In this document: piece after piece, positions 1-9,959 of the stretch
Layout: each line of letters begins with the position of its first letter
How positions within the stretch are numbered: position 1 is the stretch's first letter
From: Takakia lepidozioides
Taxonomy: Eukaryota; Plantae; Bryophyta
DNA length: 64,000 nt
Direction of reading: 5' to 3'
NCBI GenBank assembly: GCA_030704615.1
Contig: CM060731.1
Span: 42,842,001 to 42,906,000 of the forward strand
The notes under the pieces: generated by a model
What the model saw: only the letters and a program-made list of their open reading frames with translations
What the model was told of the DNA's origin: nothing
The model's database searches: none
Program-made: the position numbers and the translations under genes

Positions 1-3000
1 CCAGGGCAGTATTCAGAATGACATCTGGTACAATTCCTGCTTTGATGATATCACCATGGACCTTTTTCCCCTTCTCCAGGGCTGCCAGGCTCGCGCACGC
101 ATTGCAAATGCAAACAACCCTTCCCGGATGATTTGCTCATACGTTTCCAAAGCCTCCATCCCGCACCCATGCTGGGCATATCCTGTGATCATCGCACTCC
201 AGGACACCACATTTCGTTCGGCCATATTGGCGAACACTCCCTTTGCATCTGCGATGCTCCCGCCTTTCGCATACATGTCCAACAGGGTGTTGTTTAGAAT
301 GACATCTGGTACAATCCCCGCTTTGATCATGTCACCATGGACCTCTTTGCCCCTTTCCAGGGCTGCCAGGCTTGCGCATGCATTGCAAATGCAGACAAAT
401 GTGACCCGGTCGGGCTTCAACCCTTCCCGCATCATTTGGTCATACGTCTCCAAAGCCTCCATCCCAAACCCATGCTTGCGCACGCATTGCAAATGCAGAC
501 AAATGTGACCCGGTCGGGCTTCAACCCTTCCCGCATCATTTGGTCATATGTCTCCAAAGCCTCCATCCCGAACCCATGCTGGGCATATCCTGTGATCATT
601 GTGTTCCAGGACACCACATTTCGTTCAGTCATATTGTTAAACACTCCCCTTGCATCCTCGATGCTGCCACATTTGGCATACACGTCCACCAGGGCGGTGT
701 TCAAAATGACATCTGGTACAATTACCGCTTTGATGATGTCACCATGGACCTCTTTGCCCTTTTCCAGGGTTGCCAGGCTTGCGCATGCATTGCAAACACA
801 AACAAATGTGATGTGGTTGGGCTTCACACCTTCCCCTATCATTTGCTCATATGTCTCCAACGCATTCTTACCACACCCATGCTTGTTAAATCCTGCCATC
901 ATAATATTCCACGTGATCAAACTGCGTTTAGGCATTTTGTTGAACACTTCATGTGCATCCATAATGCTCCCGCACTTGACGTACATGTTGACAAGGTTGT
1001 TGTGTAGGAAAACGTTTGGCTTGAGTCCCCTTTGGATAATGTGAGTGTGCACCTGCTTTCCCGTTTCCAGGCTTGTCATCTTGATGCACTTACGCAAGAG
1101 ACAGACATAAGTATCTGAATCTGCTGAAATGCCTCCTTGGGTTAGAATCTGTAGAGCCTCTTTCAGTTGCCCTGCCTCACATAGCATCCTTACATGCCCA
1201 GAAGTGCCAGAAGGGGTATTATGGATTCCCTCTCTTGGTCCTCTTTTGGAAGCTGTGGTCATGGTGGAGGTGCCTGAATTCAAGAACTGTGCCGCCGCCG
1301 CCGCCACGTCCAGTTGACCATCTACCCATGCAGGTTTGTTATAGCTATCGATCCACAGGGATTCATGGGTAATCTTGTGCTTGAAATCTGGCCCTCTCAG
1401 ATGGAACTGGACCCACACTCCATCCCTGCTCCTTCAGATATCCTGCCTCGGCACCCGTAATGCATAGATCCTCCTTGTTGCTAGCAGCTGACAATGACAA
1501 CCTAAATTTTTTCTAGCAAACACCCCAACCCTACTTATCACAGAGGAGTTCCTATACAAGACTTTCAAAACGTGTTGGCCACACCAGAGAGGATGACGAT
1601 TTGCAAGAAAGCTTTGCGACACATCTTGTTGTCTGCTTCTCTCTGTAATATAACAGGCATTCACCTTTGGGCCTCGATTGTCCCACCATTGACTGGGGTC
1701 CCAAAAATATTCCTTCCAAAGCGTCTCCTCATTGTTTTGGGATAATTGCCTGTTGCCACATTGGCAGTAACATAACAAAATCACTCCAAACTAGTATAGA
1801 TCGACCAGATAAGCTAACTGGCGGAACTCAACACACAAAATTAGGGACGACCCCTGATAAGAAGACAAAACAGGCTGAAATGTGTTGAAGAAGAAGGGGC
1901 CCTCACCACATTGTCCTTGACCTTGTGCCATGAAAGCACCTACCTTTTCTTTCACCCACGAAGGATTCAACCAACCATCAACCCAAGGGACCTCTTGTTT
2001 GCATTGCTTGTGTCTGTAGTCAGGTGTTCTCGGATTGGTCTGTGAGAACCACCACAGTGCAGCTGGAGAAATTTAAACATGGCCTTCTAAGACCAAGCGA
2101 ACGCTTCCAAGTACCTTGTACACATAGGAAACAGAACAAATCATGACACTGAAAGGAAGAGCCCACTTTTGCAGAATGGACATACTTCTTTACATGGTAT
2201 ATCAAAAAAGCCACACCTTTCCATTGCGGTTGTCGCACCGTTGTAAAGGATCTTTAAACAACTAATGCCAGAGATGCTCCATGCTCCAGGGTAGACCTTC
2301 ATGCCCGAAACTCTGACAGCATCAACACTTTGACCGCTCCCTTATGGAAGAGTGCTAGCTTTCAACAACATTCTTGCAGGTCACTGTGGGCTCCATTGGA
2401 GTCTACACCATGAGGACCATAACAACACGTCCAAACTTACACAGATGCGAAACAAGTTGTTCATGACAAGACTGCCCCTCTAATCAGGTCACTATCAGTT
2501 ATACTCACTTTCATCTTCAAGCTTCGAAGGAGCACCACCATCCAAACCAGAACCAGAACCACAGTCCCACATCCTTCCACCATCACCAGATTGTTCTCGA
2601 TCTTGTGGCATGGCAATTAGTTTATCTTTCACCCAAGGAGGATTGAACCAACCCTCTATCCAAAATCCCTCTTGTGTGCGCTACTTATGAGTGTAGTCTG
2701 GAGATTTTGGAGTGGTCTGTGGAAACAACCAAGGAGCAGCTGAGCAGCCACAGTCGCAACCTTCCCTAGTACCTTCCAAAGTCCAGGGAAAGACCTTGAG
2801 CATCCTACTTCAATTCCCCCCCTAGGCATTCCCTTCTTAGAAAGAACAAGCTACGATATTGATAGTAAACAAGATATTGCACCGCAAAGCGAGATTTGAA
2901 CTTCACTCGACAACTAAGGGTACAATCCAATCCACCCAGTATTACCATACCAGAGTTCCTCCCTCAGACATACATCCTGGGGAAAGCTCACCTTGTGAAC

Positions 3001-3462
3001 ACTGCAGTCCCACCATTGTGAAGGAACTTCACAGAACTCCTGCCACCGCTGTTCCATGCTCCAGCGTTGACCTACGTGCGAGATATACATATTATCCGCC
3101 TTGTCTAACACTCACTTGTGCTTTCTTGATTCTTTGCCTTGTTTCTGCTAGATTTCTCAGCAGACAATTCCACGCCTGGATCCTACGGTGCATACAACAT
3201 GGCGAACACAAGAAGAAAACCGCGAAGTGTTTCGTGTCACACCTGATTTGAACGGCACCCCTGAAGGTTGGCAAGGCGCCATTGCTACTACATGCAAGGG
3301 ATTCCATCCTGTGCGCATTGCCGAGGGTAATGCCGGTTTCGGCTCCACAGCCGAGCCCCTCAATCCGCTGCATGACGCTCCCGCATGACTGAAGCGAGTG
3401 GACAGGCACTGGTGTATGGAGTCGGCCTGTGCGGTCAGGAGAACACCGGAAGACGCTGCCAT
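1..3462 (-). pseudogene. Locus A: PDF(x3)-PLS PPR gene, disrupted, runs off the window edge
   Basis: Inferred exons: 3462-2992 (MAASSGVLL..., WSMEQRWQEFCEVPSQWWDCSVHK|gt); ~2727-2509 (TTPKSPDY...); ~2400-2217 (..LFKDPLQRCDNRNGK|gt, internal stop); 2037-1907 (TNPRTPDYRHKQ..VPWVDGWLNPSWV); ~1749-1665 (LWKEYFWDPSQWWDNRGPK|gt); 1406-<1 (FHLRGPDFKHK... then L-S-P repeats). Frameshifts come from a ~100-bp tandem duplication near 372-580, a deletion near 115 and indels in the PDF exons. Confidence 0.8.
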
Positions 3463-3589
3463 CTCCCCCGGTGAGTGAGAAATTGGCAGAAGATATGTTT
3501 TGGGCTGCGTACTCGCAACCCCGATGCAAGAAATTGGTTGAAATTTACAACAAGACTGGAGATGCTTAGCTGCTCCTGGTCGTTTTCAG

Positions 3590-4931
3590 AGACCACACTA
3601 AAATCTCCGGACTGCAGACTTAAGCTGGTTTAGCATCTGTGTAAGTTTGGACATGTTGGTGTGTTCCTCATTGTGTAGAGTCCAATGGAGCCCAAAGCGA
3701 CTTGCATGAATGTTGTTGAAAGCTCCCTAGCACCTCTCCGTGAAGGAAGTTGTCAAAATGTTGAGACTGTCGGATTTTCGGGCACAAAAGTCTACCTTGG
3801 AGCACGAGCAGAGCTGATCCTTCACGATGGTGGGACAATCGCAAGGTGTGGCTTCTTAATGTACTAGGTGAAGAAGTTTGTCCATCTTGCAAATGGGGCT
3901 CTTGGCTCCTCCTGTTAGTATCACGATTTGGTATGAATCCTCCATGGGTCATGACACAAAGACAAGGACAATGTGGTGAGGCTCCTTCTTCAACCTTTTT
4001 CAGCCTGTTTTTGCCCTCTCATGCGACTCGTCCCTGATTTTGCATGTAAAATTCTGTAAGTTAGCTCGTTGGGTGGTGGTTTGTAGTGAATTTTGACATG
4101 TTGCTGGCAGCAGGAGAGTACCCAAAAACAGATAACGGAGATGAGGAGAAGCTTTGGAATGAATACTTTTCCGACCCCAGTCAATGGTGGGACGATCAAG
4201 GCAAAAAGGTGAATGTATGTTGGATCATAGAGAGAACCAGACGCAATTCAACATTGGAACTAGTGTGACAAGGGTACACCGTCATTGTCAGCTGCTAGCA
4301 GCAAGGCGCATGATTTGCGCAGAGGTAGGGACAGCTGAAGGAGCAGGGATAGAGTGTGGGTCCAGATTCATCCAAGAGGGCTGTTTTCAAACTCAAGATT
4401 ACTTATGATTTCCTCTGGATCAATAGCTACAAGAAACCTGCATGGGTAGATGGTAAACTGGAAGCAGCAGCGGCAGCACAATTGATAGAATCAGGCACTG
4501 CTAATGAAGGCACCTTCTTCAACACATTTTGGCCTGTTTTTCCCTCTTATTACAGTCATCCCTAATTTTTTGTGTTGAATTCTGCAAGCTAGGTCGTTGG
4601 GTGGATCTATGGTTGTTTGGAATGTTTGACATTTTACTGCCAACCTGGCAACAGGAAAGTAACCAAAAACAGATAACAGAGACGAGGAGAAGCTTTGGAA
4701 TGCATACTTCTCCGACCCCAGTCAATGGTGGGACAATCGAGAGTCACAAGGTGAATGCCTGTTAGATTAGAGAGAGAAGCAGACACAATTGAGCATAGGA
4801 ACTAGTGTGATTGTTTGTGAGAGCAAATCTAGACTGTTATTATCAGCTGCTAGCAGCAAGGCGGGGATCTATGCATGATGTGTGCAGAGGCACGCATAGC
4901 TGAGGGAGCAAGGATAAGAGTGTGGGTCCAG
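3590..4931 (+). other. Locus B 5' region: degenerate and duplicated PDF-motif exons
   Basis: Relics: TTLKSPDCRLK (~3592); ..DPSRWWDNRK|gt (~3815-3845); MNPPWVMTQRQGQCG|gt (3933-3975); GEYPKTDNGDEEKLWNEYFSDPSQWWDDQGKK|gt (4114-4208); a frameshifted PDF half (4366-4510); a second copy DEEKLWNAYFSDPSQWWDNR (4681-4750). All are homologous to the exons of loci A and C. Confidence 0.8.
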
Positions 4932-7859
4932 ATGCATCCAAGAGGGCCGGATTTCAAGCACAAGATTACCTATGATTACCTGTGGATCAATAGCTACAAG
5001 AAACCTGCATGGGTAGATGGTCAACTGGAAGCAGCAGCGGCAGCGGCACAGTTGATAAATTCAGGCACCTCGACCATGACCACAGCTTCTGAAAGAGGAC
5101 CAAGAAAGGGAGTCCACAATGCCTCCTCTGGGACTTCTGGGCATGTGAAGATGCTTTGTGAGGCAGGCAGACTGACAGAGGCTCTACAGACTTTAAACGA
5201 AGGAGGAGGCATTTCAGCAGATTCAGATACGTATGTCTGTCTCTTGCATAAGTGCATCAAGATGAAAGGCCTGGAAGCTGGAAAGCAGGTGCATGCTCAC
5301 ATTATCCAAAGTGGATTCAAGCCAAACGTTTTTCTACACAATACCCTTGTGAACATGTATGTTAAGTGCGGGAGCATCATGGATGCTCACCAAGTGTTCA
5401 ACAGAATGCCTCAACGATCTTTGATCACATGGAACATAATGTTGGCAGGATTCACCAAGCATGGGTGTAGTACGAATGCTTTGGAGACCTATGACCAGAT
5501 GATGCAGGAAGGGGTGAAGCCCGACCGGATCACGTTTGCTTCCGTTTGCAATGCATGTGCGAGCCTGGCAACCCCGGAAAAGGGCAAAGAGGTCCATGGT
5601 GACATTATCAAAGCTGGAATTGTACCAGATGTCATTCTGAACACTGCCTTGCTGGATATGTATGCCAAATGTGGGAGTATTGAGGATGCAAAGGGAGTGT
5701 TTGTTACTATGGCTGAACGTGATGTGGTGTCGTGGAATGCGATGATTGCAGGATATGCACAGCAGGGGTGTGGGATGGAGGCTTTGGAGACCTATGAGCA
5801 AATGATGCGGGACGGGGTGAAGCCCGACCACATCACGTTTGTTTGCATTTGCAATGCATGTGCAAGCCTTGGAGCCCTGGAAAAGGGCAAAGAGGTCCAT
5901 GGTGACATCGTCAAAGCTGGATTTGTGCCAGATGTCATTCTGAACACTGCCCTGGTGGACATGTATGCCAAATGTAGGAGCATTGAAGATGCAAAGGCAG
6001 TGTTCGACAGTATGGCTGAACGGAATGTGGTGTCGTGGAACGCGATGATCGCAGGATATGCACAGCAGGGGTCTGGGATGGAGGCTTTGGAGACCTATGA
6101 GCAAATGATGCGGGATGGAGTGAAGCCTGACCACGTCACATTTGGTTGCATTTGCAATGCATGTGCAAGCCTGGCAGCCCCGGAAAAGGGCAAAGAGGTC
6201 CATGGTGACATTGTCAAAGCTGGAATTGTGCCAGATTGCATTCTGAACACTGCCCTGGTGGACATGTATGGGAAATGTGGGTGCATTGAAGATGCAAAGG
6301 CAGTGTTCGACAATATGGCTGAACGAAATGTGGTGTCGTGGAATGTGATGATCACAGGATATGCACAGCAGGGGTGCGGGATGGAGGCTTTGGAGACCTA
6401 TGAGCAAATGATGCGGGAAGGGGTGAAGCCCGACCACATCACATTCGTTTGCGTTTGCAATGCATGTGCGAGCTTGGCAGCTCTTGAAAAGGGCAAAGAG
6501 GTCCATGGTGACATTGTCAAAGCTGGAATTGTACCAGATGTCATTCTGAACAGTACCCTGGTGGACATGTATGCCAAATGTGGGAGCATTGAAGATGCAA
6601 AGGGAGTGTTTGTCATTATGGCTGAACGTGATGTGGTGTCGTGGAATGCGATGATAGCAGGATATGCACAGCAGGGGTGCGGGATGGAGGCTTTGGAGAC
6701 ATATGAGCAAATGATGGAGGAAGGGGTGAAGGCCGACCGCATCACGTTTGTTTGCGTTTGCAATGCATGTGCGAGACTGGCAGCGCTGGAAAACGGCAAA
6801 GAGGTCCATGGTGACATCGTCAAAGCTGGAATTGTCCCAGACGTCATTCTGAACACTGCCCTGGTGGACATGTATGCTAAATGTGGGTGCATTGAAGATG
6901 CAAGGGGAGTGTTTGATACTATGGCCGAACGAGATGTGGTGGCCTGGAATGTGATGATCGCAGGATATGCCCAGCATGGTTGTCATAGGAAAGCCCTGCG
7001 ACTATTTGAAGGAATGCAAATGGAAGGCTTGAAGCCAGACAGTATCACCTATATATGTGTTCTCTCCGCATGTAGCCACGTTGGCCTACTGGATGAAGGA
7101 AGATGCTACTTCGGTTCCCTGAGTCAAGATCATGGTGTCACTCCAACAGGAAAGCACTTTGGCTGCATGGTGGACCTTCTTGGACGTGCCGGGCGATTGG
7201 ATGAGGCCGAGGACCTCATTAATAACATGCCCATGAGCCCAGATGCTGTGGTTTGGAGGGCCTTGCTTGGTGCCTGCAGAATCCATGGCAATGTAGAGAT
7301 GGCTGAACGTGCGGCAACATCTATTCTCAAATGGGATGAACAGGATGCTGCAACTTACGTGTTGCTATCAAACATCTATGCCGCAGCTGGTAGGTGGGAC
7401 GATACTGCAAAGGTGAGAAAAATGATGAAGGCCAGAGGGGTTAGAAAGGAGCCAGGTCGCTGCCGCATTGAGATTGGCAACAGGGTGCACACGTTTGTTG
7501 TAGATGACAAATTGCATCCCAGAATTGAGGAAATCCATGCTGAGCTGAGAAGATTGTCTGGGCAGATGAAGGAGGCAGGGTATGTGCCTGACACGCGCTT
7601 TGTATTGCATGATGTGGGGGAGGAGCAAAAGGAATTTTCTCTCTGCCACCACAGTGAGAGGCTGGCTATTGCTTTCGGGCTGATCAGCACGGCCCCTGGG
7701 ACGCATCTCCGTCTGATCAAGAATCTTCGGGTGTGTGGTGACTGCCACACCTCCACCAAATTCATCTCAAAGATTGTTGGCCGGGCAATTGTTGTACGGG
7801 ATGCTAATCGCTTTCACCATTTCGAAGATGGGGTTTGTTCTTGTGGGGATTACTGGTGA
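4932..7859 (+). CDS. Locus B: PLS-class PPR-E1-E2-DYW C-to-U RNA editing factor with an in-frame N-terminal PDF half-motif (final exon of a PDF-PPR-DYW gene)
   Basis: Open ORF with about 20 PPR motifs (L-S-[P-L-S]x5-P2-L2-S2), E1/E2, PG-box (PGRCRIE), HSERLA and CGDCH zinc ligands and terminal DYW. It begins just after a splice acceptor (ccag, AG at 4930-4931) with MHPRGPDFKHKITYDYLWINSYKKPAWV. The true start codon is uncertain. Confidence 0.95.
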   Translation: MHPRGPDFKHKITYDYLWINSYKKPAWVDGQLEAAAAAAQLINSGTSTMTTASERGPRKGVHNASSGTSGHVKMLCEAGRLTEALQTLNEGGGISADSDTYVCLLHKCIKMKGLEAGKQVHAHIIQSGFKPNVFLHNTLVNMYVKCGSIMDAHQVFNRMPQRSLITWNIMLAGFTKHGCSTNALETYDQMMQEGVKPDRITFASVCNACASLATPEKGKEVHGDIIKAGIVPDVILNTALLDMYAKCGSIEDAKGVFVTMAERDVVSWNAMIAGYAQQGCGMEALETYEQMMRDGVKPDHITFVCICNACASLGALEKGKEVHGDIVKAGFVPDVILNTALVDMYAKCRSIEDAKAVFDSMAERNVVSWNAMIAGYAQQGSGMEALETYEQMMRDGVKPDHVTFGCICNACASLAAPEKGKEVHGDIVKAGIVPDCILNTALVDMYGKCGCIEDAKAVFDNMAERNVVSWNVMITGYAQQGCGMEALETYEQMMREGVKPDHITFVCVCNACASLAALEKGKEVHGDIVKAGIVPDVILNSTLVDMYAKCGSIEDAKGVFVIMAERDVVSWNAMIAGYAQQGCGMEALETYEQMMEEGVKADRITFVCVCNACARLAALENGKEVHGDIVKAGIVPDVILNTALVDMYAKCGCIEDARGVFDTMAERDVVAWNVMIAGYAQHGCHRKALRLFEGMQMEGLKPDSITYICVLSACSHVGLLDEGRCYFGSLSQDHGVTPTGKHFGCMVDLLGRAGRLDEAEDLINNMPMSPDAVVWRALLGACRIHGNVEMAERAATSILKWDEQDAATYVLLSNIYAAAGRWDDTAKVRKMMKARGVRKEPGRCRIEIGNRVHTFVVDDKLHPRIEEIHAELRRLSGQMKEAGYVPDTRFVLHDVGEEQKEFSLCHHSERLAIAFGLISTAPGTHLRLIKNLRVCGDCHTSTKFISKIVGRAIVVRDANRFHHFEDGVCSCGDYW
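5400..6930 (+). repeat. Tandem 303-bp (101-aa) P-L-S triplet repeats, about 5 copies
   Basis: VVSWNAMIAGYAQQG...KPD / HITFVCxCNACASL...VPD / VILNTALVDMYAKC...AER[DN] recurs with a 303-nt period and high nucleotide identity. Confidence 0.95.
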
Positions 7860-8547
7860 AAAGATGTTTTCCTGGAAAAGTGCTAGTGTCTTGCTTCATT
7901 CATTGATCTGTGTAGCTATTCAGTTCATCCACCATTTTCTTAGGATACTGACCATGATGCACTGTTGATGGCATTTCCTTTGGCATATTCTCAGGAAATG
8001 ATAGTGGGGTCTACCCAGCATAGGTGGGAAGTCAGCCCATAATTGCACTTGGCTGAAGGAGAGATTTTGACTGACTCTGGTGATAGCTTCAGAAAATCAG
8101 AGTGCTGTCCCAATTCTGGTCTGCATGGTGGAGCTTCTCCAAAGCTTGAAGATGAAGTGCATACGATTTGTAATGAGCTTGATCAGAGGGGCAGCCCTGT
8201 GCACAAGTTTGTTCAGCATCATAGGACATGTTTGTATGTTTCTCACGGCGCTGCTTCAAATAGAGTGCTTGACTAACTTGCATGGATGTTGACAGCAGCT
8301 TGCATAGTTTATGCATCAATCGGTGATACTGCTAGTGTACATGGAAGCAGGTGCTGGTCGCTGGCGTGACTCCCACTGTTCTCAATAAGTACTTGAGCTG
8401 CCGATCTCAAACAAGCCAAAAGCTTCCACTTCAAGGAAAGTGAACTTCTTTTCCTGTTGCTTCCAGCAGCCGTCCAATATCTCAAAGTTGGACCCAAAAA
8501 CTTATGATGTCGGTTCAATTACTATTGATAAAATTACAACAAACTAA

Positions 8548-8852
8548 GGCCCCGGCCGCACCAGCCTGCTACGCTAGTGTTAAAGGAGTGTTAACAACTG
8601 CTATCCAGTGATTTCCGGCCGCACTGCCCTGCTCCAGGTATTTTAGTGCTAATAAATGTTATCTTCCCCTTCCTGGTTTAAGGCGAATTTAACACTTACC
8701 CCCCGCCCCAATGCTAAATCTAAAACAGCGTGTGGTTTTTGGGCAGCTGCCCAGCACACTCTCTTCATCTTCCACTACACGAGCATGTTTTCGCCCTTTT
8801 CGCCCTCGCTTCGTCTTCCACTACACGAGCATGTTTGAGCCTTGGGCTCTTG
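8548..8852. mobile_element. Possible DNA-transposon end (PIF/Harbinger-like terminus with subterminal repeats)
   Basis: TAA followed by GGCCCCGGCCGCACC. CCGGCCGCAC occurs twice and tcttccactacacgagcatgttt occurs twice. No partner terminal inverted repeat (TIR) found. Confidence 0.3.
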
Positions 8853-9959
8853 AAGACCCATCATGAGCATCTCCCACTTGGTACCTCAGACACCAGCCCA
8901 ACATGGACTTATTGCACTGCACCCAAATCCCTCGGATTTAGTGGTGCATATAGAGGTTGGGTAGCACGTGAGCAAGCTCACGCTGTGTGCACCTGCTCAC
9001 ATGGGCAGAAGGGCAAGTGATAAATGAGGCCCGGGAGTTCAATGCTCCCTCATCGGGCCTGCCTGTGTGGCCCCACCCCCATCCTCCGCCTCGCACCCCC
9101 CTCCCAGTGCCACCACGGCCCGCGGTCGCCGTGCCTGCCGCCCCCCAACCCCTCCACCCCCGCCCCCCACGCCGGGTCCATCCCTCGCCATAACACTATC
9201 ATACATTCTCACCACTGTCATTACTGTATTGCACGCAACCCTCATGCATGCCCCATGAATGTAGGAAATACAGCCATCGCATGATGACTTTGCGATCATA
9301 CACGCACATGACTACTCAAACATACATATTTGAAATTTGAACGAGTCCTAGAATACAGACACACTATAGCCCTCAGTATTACAAGGTACGACGTTAATGA
9401 AAACAGTTAAAGTATTGTTTAACTTGAAATAGTTTCCAGTGATGCTGACGACCTTGGTGAAGGAGTTCAAGCTCAACGCAGAAAAGTACACGTACCATCA
9501 TGCTTATCACCTTCTTCATGCAATGCGATCGTCCATCCATAGATGCCTGCATGACCCTTTCAGATACCTCCATCTCACAAGCTGCGATTCTCCTACAAAC
9601 AGTCATTTGTGTGTTGCCATTTTGCCAAATGTGCAGTTTCCTTGTAGTCACAGTCATGTGTACTGCCCACGTCTATTTTAGGCTACTTTTTCGTCATGAA
9701 CTCCATTTATGCATGGCTGCATGATCCTCTCATAAATTTGCATCTGAGAATATGGGTACTCATGGAAGCATACCTGACTCTACATTGTAATTTGCTGCTA
9801 GCACTGTCTCATTTACCTGTTCGGGTGTAATTGTTAAGGGTTGAAGGATTGTGTCTTCGTCTTTGGTTTCAAGTTTGTATACAGTACTTTCCCAATTACA
9901 TGCCCCTCTATTGTCCACAACTCTTTCAGGCGCTCCCCCCTTTTATTCCATTAATGCAA

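Larger units (their letters stand above)
2918..8852 (+). repeat. Left arm of a ~5.9-kb near-identical inverted duplication
   Basis: Reverse complement of 39735-45688. Ends match at gggt(a/g)caatccaatcc and gagccttgggctcttg, and the ORF tracks mirror each other. Confidence 0.95.

Noticed and set aside
4660-4662. TAA/TAG stops in PDF exons repaired by U-to-C editing
   Set aside because: Such editing is organellar, and the paralogous codons are TAY or TGG, which U-to-C editing would not restore.
4875-4931. ORF-track N-terminus MMCAEARIAEG... of locus B
   Set aside because: It lies inside the inferred intron 4751-4931, whose GT/AG ends are conserved in all paralogues, so it is probably not the real start.
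5400-6930. Regularly spaced repeats as a CRISPR-like array
   Set aside because: They are contiguous 303-bp coding units with no unique spacers, in eukaryotic DNA.
5334-6986. 550-aa antisense ORF (also 41611-43263 and similar ORFs over loci A and C)
   Set aside because: Shadow frames of the repetitive PPR coding strand. One stop-free unit is simply repeated, and there are no independent protein features.
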